Of a stretch of 64,000 nt of DNA, positions 50,055 through 63,075 are shown one piece after another (within the stretch, counting starts at the first letter, position 1; every line of letters starts with the position of its first letter). The DNA is taken from positions 270,429-334,428 of the forward strand of contig NIVC01002201.1 in NCBI GenBank assembly GCA_002269645.1, read 5' to 3'. Under the pieces are notes generated by a model. The model did no database searches, was not told the origin of the DNA, and saw only the letters and a program-made list of their open reading frames with translations. The stretch is from Macrostomum lignano. Taxonomy: Eukaryota. The translations under genes and the position numbers were made by a program.

Positions 50055-53000
50055 GAGAATCTTACTCTAGCGTGATCTAAAGATTCTTAGTATCAGCCGA
50101 GTCTTAGCCTAGCGTGATCTAAAGATTCTTAGTATCAGCCGAGTCTTAGCCTAGCAAGATCTATAGATTCATAGAATCAGCCGAGAATCTTAGTCTAGCG
50201 AGATCTATAGATTCTTAGAATCAGCCGAGAATCTTACTCTAGCGAGATCTATGATTCATAGAATCAGCCAAGATTCTTAGTCTAGCGAGATCTATAGATT
50301 CGAAGAATCAGCCGAGTCTTAGTCTACCGAGATCTATAGATTCTTAGAATCAGCCGAGAATCTTACTCTAGCGTGATCTATAGATTCAGAAAAATCTGCC
50401 GATAATCCTAGCCTAGCGAGATCTATAGATTCTTAGAATCAGCCGAGAATCCTAGCCTAGCGAGATCTATAGATTCTTAGAATCAACCGAGAATCTTAGT
50501 CTAGCTAGATCTATAGATTCTTAGAATCAGCCGAGAATCTTAGTCTAGCGAGATCTATAGATTCATAGAATCAGCCGAGAATCTTAGTCTAGCGAGATCT
50601 ATAGATTCTTAGAATCAGCCGAGAATCTTACTCTAGCGAGATCTATGATTCATAGAATCAGCCAAGATTCTTAGTCTAGCGAGATCTATAGATTCGAAGA
50701 ATCAGCCGAGTCTTAGTCTACCGAGATCTATAGATTCTTAGAATCAGCCGAGAATCTTACTCTAGCGTGATCTATAGATTCAGAAAAATCTGCCGAGAAT
50801 CCTAGCCTAGCGAGATCTATAGATTCTTAGAATCAGCCGAGAATCCTAGCCTAGCGAGATCTATAGATTCTTAGAATCAACCGAGAATCTTAGTCTAGCT
50901 AGATCTATAGATTCTTAGAATCAGCCGAGAATCTTAGTCTAGCGAGATCTATAGATTCATAGAATCAGCCGAGAATCTTAGTCTAGCGAGATCTATAGAT
51001 TCTTAGAATCAGCCGAGAATCTTACTCTAGCGAGATCTATAGATTCTTAGAATCAGCCGAGAATCTTACTCTAGCGAGATCTATAGATTCTTAGAATCAG
51101 CCGAGAATCTTACTCTAGCGAGATCTATAGATTCTTAGAATCAGCCGAGAATCCTAGCCTTGAGAGATCTATAGATTCTTAGAATCAGCCGAGAATCTTC
51201 TTAGTCTAGCGAGATCTATGGATTCTTAGAATCAGCCGAGAATCTTACTCTAGCGAGATCTATGGATTCTTAGAATCAGCCGACAATCTTAGTCTAGCGT
51301 GATCTATAGATTCTTAGAATCAGCCGAGAATCTTACTCTAGCGAGATCTATATAGATTCTTAGAATCAGCCGAGAATCTTACTCTAGCGAGATCTATATA
51401 GATTCTTAGAATCAGCCGAGAATCTTACTCTAGCGAGATCTATAGATTCTTAGAATCAGCCGAGAATCCTAGCCTAGCGAGATCTATAGATTCTTAGAAT
51501 CAACCGAGAATCCTAGCCTAGCGAGATCTATAGATTCATAGAATCAGCCGAGAATCCTAGCCTAGCGAGATCTATAGATTCTTAGAATCAACCAAGATTC
51601 TTAGCCTAGCGAGATCTATAGATTCATAGAATCAGCCAAGATTCTTAGTCTAGCGAGATCTATAGATTCTTAGAATCAGCCGAGAATCTTACTCTAGCGT
51701 GATCTAAAGATTCTTAGTATCAGCCGAGTCTTAGTCTAGCAAGATCTATAGATTCATAGAATCAGCCGAGAATCTTAGTCTAGCGAGATCTATAGATTCT
51801 TAGAATCAGCCGAGAATCTTACTCTAGCGAGATCTATGATTCATAGAATCAGCCAAGATTCTTAGTCTAGCGAGATCTATAGATTCGAAGAATCAGCCGA
51901 GTCTTAGTCTACCGAGATCTATAGATTCTTAGAATCAGCCGAGAATCTTACTCTAGCGTGATCTTTAGATTCAGAAAAATCTGCCGAGAATCCTAGCCTA
52001 GCGAGATCTATAGATTCTTAGAATCAGCCGAGAATCCTAGCCTAGCGAGATCTATAGATTTTTAGAATCAACCGAGAATCTTAGTCTAGCTAGATCTATA
52101 GATTCTTAGAATCAGCCGAGAATCTTAGTCTAGCGAGATCTATAGATTCTTAGAATCAGCCGAGAATCTTACTCTAGCGAGATCTATAGATTCTTAGAAT
52201 CAGCCGAGAATCTTACTCTAGCGAGATCTATAGATTCTTAGAATCAGCCGAGAATCTTACTCTAGCGAGATCTATAGATTCTTAGAATCAGCCGAGAATC
52301 CTAGCCTTGAGAGATCTGTAGATTCTTAGAATCAACCGAGAATCTTAGTCTAGCGAGATCTATAGATTCTTAGAATCAGCCGAGAATCTTAGTCTAGCTA
52401 GATCTATAGATTCTTAGAATCAGCCGAGAATCTTCTTAGTCTAGCGAGATCTATAGATTCTTAGAATCAGCCGAGAATCTTACTCTAGCGAGATCTATGG
52501 ATTCTTAGAATCAGCCGACAATCTTAGTCTAGCGTGATCTATAGATTCTTAGAATCAGCCGAGAATCTTACTCTAGCGAGATATATATAGATTCTTAGAA
52601 TCAGCCGAGAATCTTACTCTAGCGAGATCTATATAGATTCTTAGAATCAGCCGAGAATCTTACTCTAGCGAGATCTATATAGATTCTTAGAATCAGCCGA
52701 GAATCTTACTCTAGCGAGATCTATAGATTCTTAGAATCAGCCGAGAATCCTAGCCTAGCGAGATCTATAGATTCTTAGAATCAACCGAGAATCCTAGCCT
52801 AGCGAGATCTATAGATTCATAGAATCAGCCGAGAATCCTAGCCTAGCGAGATCTATAGATTCTTAGAATCAACCAAGATTCTTAGCCTAGCGAGATCTAT
52901 AGATTCATAGAATCAGCCAAGATTCTTAGTCTAGCGAGATCTATAGATTCATAGAATCAGCCGAGAATCTTACTCTAGCGAGATCTATAGATTCATAGAA

Positions 53001-56000
53001 TCAGCCAAGATTCTTAGTCTAGCGAGATCTATAGATTCTTAGAATCAGCCGAGAATCTTACTCTAGCGTGATCTATAGATTCAGAAAAATCTGCCGAGAA
53101 TCCTAGCCTAGCGAGATCTATAGATTCTTAGAATCAGCCGAGAATCCTAGCCTAGCGAGATCTATAGATTTTAGAATCAACCGAGAATCTTAGTCTAGCT
53201 AGATCTATAGATTCTTAGAATCAGCCGAGAATCTTAGTCTAGCGAGATCTATAGATTCTTAGAATCAGCCGAGAATCTTACTCTAGCGAGATCTATAGAT
53301 TCTTAGAATCAGCCGAGAATCTTACTCTAGCGAGATCTATAGATTCTTAGAATCAGCCGAGAATCTTACTCTAGCGAGATCTATAGATTCTTAGAATCAG
53401 CCGAGAATCTTACTCTAGCGAGATCTATAGATTCTTAGAATCAGCCGAGAATCCTAGCCTTGAGAGATCTGTAGATTCTTAGAATCAACCGAGAATCTTA
53501 GTCTAGCGAGATCTATAGATTCTTAGAATCAGCCGAGAATCTTAGTCTAGCTAGATCTATAGATTCTTAGAATCAGCCGAGAATCTTCTTAGTCTAGCGA
53601 GATCTATAGATTCTTAGAATCAGCCGAGAATCTTACTCTAGCGAGATCTATGGATTCTTAGAATCAGCCGACAATCTTAGTCTAGCGTGATCTATAGATT
53701 CTTAGAATCAGCCGAGAATCTTACTCTAGCGAGATATATATAGATTCTTAGAATCAGCCGAGAATCTTACTCTAGCGAGATCTATATAGATTCTTAGAAT
53801 CAGCCGAGAATCTTACTCTAGCGAGATCTATATAGATTCTTAGAATCAGCCGAGAATCTTACTCTAGCGAGATCTATAGATTCTTAGAATCAGCCGAGAA
53901 TCCTAGCCTAGCGAGATCTATAGATTCTTAGAATCAACCGAGAATCCTAGCCTAGCGAGATCTATAGATTCATAGAATCAGCCGAGAATCCTAGCCTAGC
54001 GAGATCTATAGATTCTTAGAATCAACCAAGATTCTTAGCCTAGCGAGATCTATAGATTCATAGAATCAGCCAAGATTCTTAGTCTAGCGAGATCTATAGA
54101 TTCTTAGAATCAGCCGAGAATCTTACTCTAGCGAGATCTATAGATTCTTAGAATCAGCCGAGAATCTTACTCTAGCGAGATCTATAGATTCTTAGAATCA
54201 GCCGAGAATCTTACTCTAGCGAGATCTATAGATTCTTAGAATCAGCCGAGAATCCTAGCCTTGAGAGATCTATAGATTCTTAGAATCAGCCGAGAATCTT
54301 CTTAGTCTAGCGAGATCTATGGATTCTTAGAATCAGCCGAGAATCTTACTCTAGCGAGATCTATGGATTCTTAGAATCAGCCGACAATCTTAGTCTAGCG
54401 TGATCTATAGATTCTTAGAATCAGCCGAGAATCTTACTCTAGCGAGATCTATATAGATTCTTAGAATCAGCCGAGAATCTTACTCTAGCGAGATCTATAT
54501 AGATTCTTAGAATCAGCCGAGAATCTTACTCTAGCGAGATCTATAGATTCTTAGAATCAGCCGAGAATCCTAGCCTAGCGAGATCTATAGATTCTTAGAA
54601 TCAACCGAGAATCCTAGCCTAGCGAGATCTATAGATTCATAGAATCAGCCGAGAATCCTAGCCTAGCGAGATCTATAGATTCTTAGAATCAACCAAGATT
54701 CTTAGCCTAGCGAGATCTATAGATTCATAGAATCAGCCAAGATTCTTAGTCTAGCGAGATCTATAGATTCTTAGAATCAGCCGAGAATCTTAGTCTAGCG
54801 TGATCTAAAGATTCTTAGTATCAGCCGAGTCTTAGTCTAGCAAGATCTATAGATTCATAGAATCAGCCGAGAATCTTAGTCTAGCGAGATCTATAGATTC
54901 TTAGAATCAGCCGAGAATCTTACTCTAGCGAGATCTATGATTCATAGAATCAGCCAAGATTCTTAGTCTAGCGAGATCTATAGATTCGAAGAATCAGCCG
55001 AGTCTTAGTCTACCGAGATCTATAGATTCTTAGAATCAGCCGAGAATCTTACTCTAGCGTGATCTATAGATTCAGAAAAATCTGCCGAGAATCCTAGCCT
55101 AGCGAGATCTATAGATTCTTAGAATCAGCCGAGAATCCTAGCCTAGCGAGATCTATAGATTTTTAGAATCAACCGAGAATCTTAGTCTAGCTAGATCTAT
55201 AGATTCTTAGAATCAGCCGAGAATCTTAGTCTAGCGAGATCTATAGATTCTTAGAATCAGCCGAGAATCTTACTCTAGCGAGATCTATAGATTCTTAGAA
55301 TCAGCCGAGAATCTTACTCTAGCGAGATCTATAGATTCTTAGAATCAGCCGAGAATCTTACTCTAGCGAGATCTATAGATTCTTAGAATCAGCCGAGAAT
55401 CCTAGCCTTGAGAGATCTGTAGATTCTTAGAATCAACCGAGAATCTTAGTCTAGCGAGATCTATAGATTCTTAGAATCAGCCGAGAATCTTAGTCTAGCT
55501 AGATCTATAGATTCTTAGAATCAGCCGAGAATCTTCTTAGTCTAGCGAGATCTATAGATTCTTAGAATCAGCCGAGAATCTTACTCTAGCGAGATCTATG
55601 GATTCTTAGAATCAGCCGACAATCTTAGTCTAGCGTGATCTATAGATTCTTAGAATCAGCCGAGAATCTTACTCTAGCGAGATATATATAGATTCTTAGA
55701 ATCAGCCGAGAATCTTACTCTAGCGAGATCTATATAGATTCTTAGAATCAGCCGAGAATCTTACTCTAGCGAGATCTATATAGATTCTTAGAATCAGCCG
55801 AGAATCTTACTCTAGCGAGATCTATAGATTCTTAGAATCAGCCGAGAATCCTAGCCTAGCGAGATCTATAGATTCTTAGAATCAACCGAGAATCCTAGCC
55901 TAGCGAGATCTATAGATTCATAGAATCAGCCGAGAATCCTAGCCTAGCGAGATCTATAGATTCTTAGAATCAACCAAGATTCTTAGCCTAGCGAGATCTA

Positions 56001-57480
56001 TAGATTCATAGAATCAGCCAAGATTCTTAGTCTAGCGAGATCTATAGATTCATAGAATCAGCCGAGAATCTTACTCTAGCGAGATCTATAGATTCATAGA
56101 ATCAGCCAAGATTCTTAGTCTAGCGAGATCTATAGATTCTTAGAATCAGCCGAGAATCTTACTCTAGCGTGATCTATAGATTCAGAAAAATCTGCCGAGA
56201 ATCCTAGCCTAGCGAGATCTATAGATTCTTAGAATCAGCCGAGAATCCTAGCCTAGCGAGATCTATAGATTTTTAGAATCAACCGAGAATCTTAGTCTAG
56301 CTAGATCTATAGATTCTTAGAATCAGCCGAGAATCTTAGTCTAGCGAGATCTATAGATTCTTAGAATCAGCCGAGAATCTTACTCTAGCGAGATCTATAG
56401 ATTCTTAGAATCAGCCGAGAATCTTACTCTAGCGAGATCTATAGATTCTTAGAATCAGCCGAGAATCTTACTCTAGCGAGATCTATAGATTCTTAGAATC
56501 AGCCGAGAATCTTACTCTAGCGAGATCTATAGATTCTTAGAATCAGCCGAGAATCCTAGCCTTGAGAGATCTGTAGATTCTTAGAATCAACCGAGAATCT
56601 TAGTCTAGCGAGATCTATAGATTCTTAGAATCAGCCGAGAATCTTAGTCTAGCTAGATCTATAGATTCTTAGAATCAGCCGAGAATCTTCTTAGTCTAGC
56701 GAGATCTATAGATTCTTAGAATCAGCCGAGAATCTTACTCTAGCGAGATCTATGGATTCTTAGAATCAGCCGACAATCTTAGTCTAGCGTGATCTATAGA
56801 TTCTTAGAATCAGCCGAGAATCTTACTCTAGCGAGATATATATAGATTCTTAGAATCAGCCGAGAATCTTACTCTAGCGAGATCTATATAGATTCTTAGA
56901 ATCAGCCGAGAATCTTACTCTAGCGAGATCTATATAGATTCTTAGAATCAGCCGAGAATCTTACTCTAGCGAGATCTATAGATTCTTAGAATCAGCCGAG
57001 AATCCTAGCCTAGCGAGATCTATAGATTCTTAGAATCAACCGAGAATCCTAGCCTAGCGAGATCTATAGATTCATAGAATCAGCCGAGAATCCTAGCCTA
57101 GCGAGATCTATAGATTCTTAGAATCAACCAAGATTCTTAGCCTAGCGAGATCTATAGATTCATAGAATCAGCCAAGATTCTTAGTCTAGCGAGATCTATA
57201 GATTCATAGAATCAGCCGAGAATCTTACTCTAGCGAGATCTATAGATTCATAGAATCAGCCAAGATTCTTAGTCTAGCGAGATCTATAGATTCGAAGAAT
57301 CAGCCAAGATTCTTACTCTAGCGAGATCTATAGATTCATAGAATCAGCCAAGATTCTTAGTCTAGCGAGATCTATAGATTCTTAGAATCAGCCAAGATTC
57401 TTAGTCTAGCGAGATCTATAGATTCGAAGAATCAGCCAAGATTCTTAGTCTAGCGAGATCTGTAGTCTCTTAGAATCAGC
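50055..57480. repeat. Satellite array, 44-bp unit (CTAGCGAGATCTATAGATTCTTAGAATCAGCCGAGAATCTTACT), about 168 copies, higher-order structure
   Basis: Period 44 (51001 to 51045); marker variants recur at about 1.11-1.15 kb and 3.10 kb. Confidence 0.98.
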
Positions 57481-58204
57481 CGAAAATAGCTGAAATATAG
57501 ACCCTCAGCTATAGAAACATTATTAGAACATCTCCAGAAAAGGAATGCGGCACATCTAAAAGTCCAGGACAGGCTGGAACCAAGGTACAAAATTAGCTAA
57601 TGCACGGAGGACAAACATCACACAGCTCGCCTCCAATCCACAGAGATCGATACAGCACTCTCCTTTCCTGCAGTTAGCTAGGCAGGACTGTCTGCTACAG
57701 TGAAACTATCGAAATAGCTTCGGCACTTGTGCAGCTCTCCATTCAAGACTTTTGAATACCCGCCCTGGTGGCAGTTCATTTGTCCATCTTTACTTTGCTA
57801 CTGAAATATGCAATTATTGCCAAAAAACACAATCGACCAATAGAAAAGAATCGATAAACTTCCTCTCCATATAGTTTAGTTTATAGCTAGTGTCTGTACG
57901 TACGCTATATAAGCTTTCAATTAATTTAGTTGGGCCTGAGCTGAAACGTAAGTAGCTATAACTCATCTAGGCGAGGAGGTGAACAGAATTGCAAGGAAAC
58001 CGTTTTAACTAACCATCCTATAGTGTGTGCAGCCGTGTAGTTTGGAGGAAATTATCTGCATAAATTATTCAGCGTCAATACATACCTTTGCTTGCTTGGT
58101 AAGAAACACAAGTAGCTATGTAGAGCAGCTATATAACACAGAGCAGCAATTACCTAAAGACTAAGCGAGCATTTTATTAACAAAAACTATGCTGAAATAC
58201 ATCA

Positions 58205-58860
58205 GGTGCAACCTCGGAATTGCTGAAGTTGTTGTCAGGAGCAATCCTGGGATGTCAGAAGTTGTTGTCAGGAGCAATCCTGGGATGTCAGAAGTTGTTG
58301 TCAGGAGCAATCCTGGGATGTCAGAAGTTGTTGTCAGGAGCAATCTAATGTCAAAAGTTGTTGTCAGGAGCAATCTTGGAATGTCAGAAGTTGTTGTCAG
58401 GAGCAATCTTGGAATGTCAGAAGTTGTTGTCAGGAGCAATCTTGAAATATCAGAAGTTGTTGTCAGGAGCAATCCTGGGATGTCAGAAGTTGTTGTCAGG
58501 AGCAATCCTGGGATGTCAGAAGTTGTTGTCAGGAGCAATCTTGGAATGTCAGAAGTTGTTGTCAGGAGCAATCCTGGGATGTCAGAAGTTGTTGTCAGGA
58601 GCAATCATGGAATGTCAGAAGTTGTTGTCAGGAGCAATCCTAGGATGTCAGAAGTTGTTGTCAGGAGCAATCTTGGAATGTCAGAAGTTGCTGTTAGGAG
58701 CAATCCTGAGATGTCAGAAGTTGTTATCCGGAGCAATCATGGAATGTCAGAAGTTGTTGTCAGGAGCAATCCTGGGATGTCAGAAGTTGTTGTCAGGAGC
58801 AATCTTGGAATGTCAGAAGTTGTGGTCAGGAGCAATCTCCGAATGTCAGAACATTCTGTC
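58205..58860. repeat. Minisatellite, 33-bp unit (CAGAAGTTGTTGTCAGGAGCAATCCTGGGATGT)
   Basis: About 20 copies. Confidence 0.95.
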
Positions 58861-59384
58861 AGGAGACGGCCTTTGACCACCCCAAAAGACAGCATACAAA
58901 AGAAGTCCCTACTTTCAGTAATAAAAAACGAAAAATAAAAATGCAAGAAAACTGTCAGTGCAAATAGGACAGCTAATTTTTTTCAACACACAGCAGACAG
59001 AAGGTTGCACCATATAAATGCTTCAAGATAACTGCACGATAAAGGTTTTATTTCATCATTTAATTAGCAGAAGACAATTTGACTACACGCAAAAATAGTG
59101 CGAAAATCCTTGAAATTCTACTGAAAACCTCAAGTCAGTAGTAAAATTCAAAATTGGTTTGCCAATTTTGCATGCGATTTTATAAGAAGACTTTCAGAGT
59201 CAGACTACCCCAGGATGATAAACGAAGACCGAATCGAAATTGTATTTTTTATAGAATCTTTTCCCGATTGTAGCTAATGATTTTGATGTATTGGCTGGCT
59301 TAGATGTACGAATTGACGAAAGATATCGAATTAAATTGGTCACGTAGAGGACTGTCGCTTTGAAAGTTAGCAGACAGCAGTAAA

Positions 59385-59402
59385 ATAGATAGACAGACAC
59401 AA

Positions 59403-59443
<41 letters not shown>

Positions 59444-59549
59444 CAAGGAGACACAAAGACAGGCAGACAGACATACATAAATACATACAGACAGACAGAC
59501 AGACAGAGGCAGACACGAGACAGGTACACAGGCAGACAGACACACAGAC

Positions 59550-59586
<37 letters not shown>

Positions 59587-59639
59587 GGCACACAGGCAGA
59601 CAGACAGACAGGCAGACAGATAAACAGAGGCAGAGAGGC

Positions 59640-59694
<55 letters not shown>

Positions 59695-59773
59695 GGCAGG
59701 CAGGCAGGCAGACAGACAGACAGACAGACAGACAGATAGACAGACAGGCACACAGGCAGACAGACAGACAGGC

Positions 59774-59840
<67 letters not shown>

Positions 59841-60089
59841 TAGACAGACAGGCACACAGGCAGACAGACAGACAGGCAGACAGACAGACAGACAGACAGG
59901 CAGACAGACAGACAGACAGGCAGACAGACAGACAGACAGACAGGCAGACAGACAGACAGACAGACAGACAGATAGACAGACAGGCACACAGGCAGACAGA
60001 CAGGCAGGCAGACAGACAGACAGACAGGCAGACAGACAGACAGACAGACAGGCAGACAGGCAGACAGACAGACAGACAGGCACACAGGC

Positions 60090-60122
<33 letters not shown>

Positions 60123-60221
60123 GGCACACAGGCAGACAGACAGACAGACAGACAGATAGACAGAGGCAGAGAGGCACAGACAGACAGACAGACAGACAGA
60201 TAGACAGACAGGCACACAGGC

Positions 60222-60281
<60 letters not shown>

Positions 60282-60283
60282 GG
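59385..60283. repeat. Compound (GACA)n/(GGCA)n microsatellite
   Basis: About 900-bp mosaic of GACA, GGCA, GATA and CACA. Confidence 0.96.
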
Positions 60284-60454
60284 ACAGTAATTACCCGATG
60301 GAAAATCTGGAGGGGTGTTGGAGGCTCACTTTTTGGTGCTAGCCTCTAATGATTTTTTTTATTTGGTTACACTAAACCAATGGGAGGCTAGAGGCTGGGT
60401 TAGAGGCTCGACTCTTGGGTGTCGCAGCCTCTAAAAATGACCCAGATTTGATGC

Positions 60455-61850
60455 TTGCAATTTGAGGCTCGTATTGGAGGCTCAATTAGAGGCTGGCAAT
60501 TTGAGGCTCGTATTGGAGGCTCAATTAGAGGCTGGCAATTTGAGGCTCGTATTGGAGGCTCAATTAGAGGCTGGCAATTTGAGGCTCGTATTGGAGGCTC
60601 AATTAGAGGCTGGCAATTTGAGGCTCATATTGGAGGCTCAATTAGAGGCTGGCAATTTGAGGCTCGTATTGGAGGCTCAATTAGAGGCTGGCAATTTGAG
60701 GCTCGTATTGGAGGCTCAATTAGAGGCTGGCAATTTGAGGCTCGTATTGGAGGCTCAATTAGAGGCTGGCAATTTGAGGCTCGTTTTGGAGGCTCAATTA
60801 GAGACTGGCAATTTGAGGCTCGTTTTGGAGGCTCAATTAGAGGCTGGCGATTTGATGCTCAGTTAGAGGCTGAATTAGAGGCTCAATTAGAGGCTGGCGA
60901 TTTGATGCTCAGTTAGAGGCTGAATTAGAGGCTCAATTAGAGGCTGGCGATTTGATGCTCAGTTAGAGGCTCAATTAGAGGCTCAATTAGAGGCTGGCGA
61001 TTTGATGCTCAGTTAGAGGCTGAATTAGAGGCTCAATTAGAGGCTGGCGATTTGATGCTCAGTTAGAGGCTGAATTAGAGGCTGAATTAGAGGCTGGCGA
61101 TTTGATGCTCAGTTAGAGGCTGAATTAGAGGCTCAATTAGAGGCTCAATTAGAGGCTGGCGATTTGATGCTCAGTTAGAGGCTGAATTAGAGGCTCAATT
61201 AGAGGCTGGCGATTTGATGCTTAGTTAGAGGCTGAATTAGAGGCTCAATTAGAGGCTGGCGATTTGATGCTCAGTTAGAGGCTGAATTAGAGGCTCAATT
61301 AGAGGCTCAATTAGAGGCTGGCGATTTGATGCTCAGTTAGAGGCTCAATTAGAGGCTCAATTAGAGGCTCAATTAGAGGCTGGCGATTTGATGCTCAGTT
61401 AGAGGCTCAATTAGAGGCTCAATTAGAGGCTCAATTAGAGGCTGGCGATTTGATGCTCAGTTAGAGGCTCAATTAGAGGCTCAATTAGAGGCTCAATTAG
61501 AGGCTGGCGATTTGATGCTCAGTTAGAGGCTCAATTAGAGGCTCAATTAGAGGCTCAATTAGAGGCTGGCGATTTGATGCTCAGTTAGAGGCTCAATTAG
61601 AGGCTCAATTAGAGGCTCAATTAGAGGCTCAATTAGAGGCTGGCGATTTGATGCTCAGTTAGAGGCTCAATTAGAGGCTCAATTAGAGGCTGGCGATTTG
61701 ATGCTCAGTTAGAGGCTCAATTAGAGGCTCAATTAGAGGCTGGCGATTTGATGCTCAGTTAGAGGCTGAATTAGAGGCTCAATTAGAGGCTGGCGATTTG
61801 ATGCTCAGTTAGAGGCTCAATTAGAGGCTCAATTAGAGGCTGGCGATTTA
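60455..61850 (+). repeat. Array of 39-bp units (GCAATTTGAGGCTCGTATTGGAGGCTCAATTAGAGGCTG) grading into 12-bp ATTAGAGGCTCA/GA/GG subunits
   Basis: Direct tandem copies. Confidence 0.96.
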
Positions 61851-61912
61851 TTAATAAGCTACGATTAATAAAACGAAAGAAAGAAAGAAAGAAAGAGGCT
61901 GGTTTCTTTTTA

Positions 61913-62381
61913 CGAGGGATGTGTCATAAATCTGCTGACAAACATCTCTAGTTTCTTTTGTATTTTTTTACTTGAGTTTATACTTTAGCCTAGGACTCTA
62001 GGGCTCATGACAGTTATGTCTATGGAAAATATTACTTCTAGCCTTCATATAAGACAGAAAATCCTGTATCTTTCTACCTCCACCTCTACCTCTAGCATCT
62101 ACCTCTGATGAGAACATCCAGCGGGTGCTCTTAGAGAAAATTAAAGAGCCACTTCGTGGTCACTGCTATGGAAGCCTTTCTGCTTTTGGCTCTGCGATCA
62201 ACCAGTGGTTGCGAAGTGTCCCCAGAAAATTCTTCGCCCAGGGCCTCGACAAGCTGCCTGAAAGATGGCACAAATGTGTTCAGCTTTGGGGTGACTATGT
62301 TGAGAAGTGTGACATTGATTATTAAGAGTTTCTTTTTTTACTTGTTTAATAGTCACATTTGTCAGCGAATCACAATCCTCG
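61913..62381 (+). mobile_element. Internally deleted mariner element (469 bp) with TA target-site duplication
   Basis: TA|CGAGGGATGTG...GCTGACAAA and TTTGTCAGC...CAATCCTCG|TA are imperfect terminal inverted repeats; 62125-62325 encodes the mariner C-terminus KEPLRG....INQWL...FFAQGLDKLPERWHKCV...GDYVEK. Confidence 0.88.
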
Positions 62382-63075
62382 TACCGTTATCAGTTCTTAC
62401 GTTTCGCCTACTACAACACGGCCTCGGTCTCGCCACCGGCCTCGGTCTCGCCACCGGCCTCCGTCCCGCCACCGGCCTCTGTCCCGCCACCGGCCTCCGT
62501 CCCGCCACCGGCCTCCGTCTCGCCACCGGCCTCCGTCCCGCCACCGGCCTCCGTCTCGCCATCGGCCTCCGTCCCGCCACCGGTCTCGGTCTCGCCACCG
62601 GCCTCCGTCCCGCCACCGGCCTCCGTCCCGCCACCGGCCTCCGTCTCGCCACCGGCCTCCGTCCCGCCACCGGCCTCCGTCTCGCCACCGGCCTCCGTCT
62701 CGCCATCGGCCTCCGTCCGCCACCGGCCTCCGTCTCGCCACCGGCGCCCGATAGTTTACTGCGGCCGTAAGCGGCGAGGCGATTGAAGTAAAGTGACAGG
62801 CGGCTTGGGTCTAGGCCGTTCGATTTAACGAATTGAATGACGGCCTCTTTCTGCATCGGGTCGACGGCCGACCGGTTGGTGCCATTCTTTACCTTTCGTC
62901 CTTCCCAGACACACGTCTGAAGCTGCTCCTCAGAGAAGACAGCCCGCAGTATTGTGGAGTAAGCGACGCCAAGTAGGCGCTTTCGTTGAGCAACTTCCTT
63001 GGCATCGTGGTATCTCTTGATGGCTGTTTCAATACGCGCATGCTGTCGTCCGTCACTTTTACGGTGGGGAACGCG
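62362..63075 (-). CDS. BEN-domain reading frame with an Arg-rich repeat tail
   Basis: Frame open from 63075, longer than the tracked 62856 ORF: ...YSTILRAVFSEEQLQTCVWEGRKVKNGTNRSAVDPMQKEAVIQFV... fits the BEN pattern L..lF..eeL....l.G........lDp.....I...v. Recognised by eye, not by HMM. Confidence 0.65.
   Translation of the reverse strand, partial: RVPHRKSDGRQHARIETAIKRYHDAKEVAQRKRLLGVAYSTILRAVFSEEQLQTCVWEGRKVKNGTNRSAVDPMQKEAVIQFVKSNGLDPSRLSLYFNRLAAYGRSKLSGAGGETEAGGGRRPMARRRPVARRRPVAGRRPVARRRPVAGRRPVAGRRPVARPRPVAGRRPMARRRPVAGRRPVARRRPVAGRRPVAGQRPVAGRRPVARPRPVARPRPCCSRRNVRTDNGTRIVIR
62420..62750. repeat. GC-rich 18-bp tandem repeat (CCGGCCTCCGTCTCGCCA / CCGGCCTCCGTCCCGCCA)
   Basis: About 18 copies lying in frame inside the BEN reading frame. 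Confidence 0.95.
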
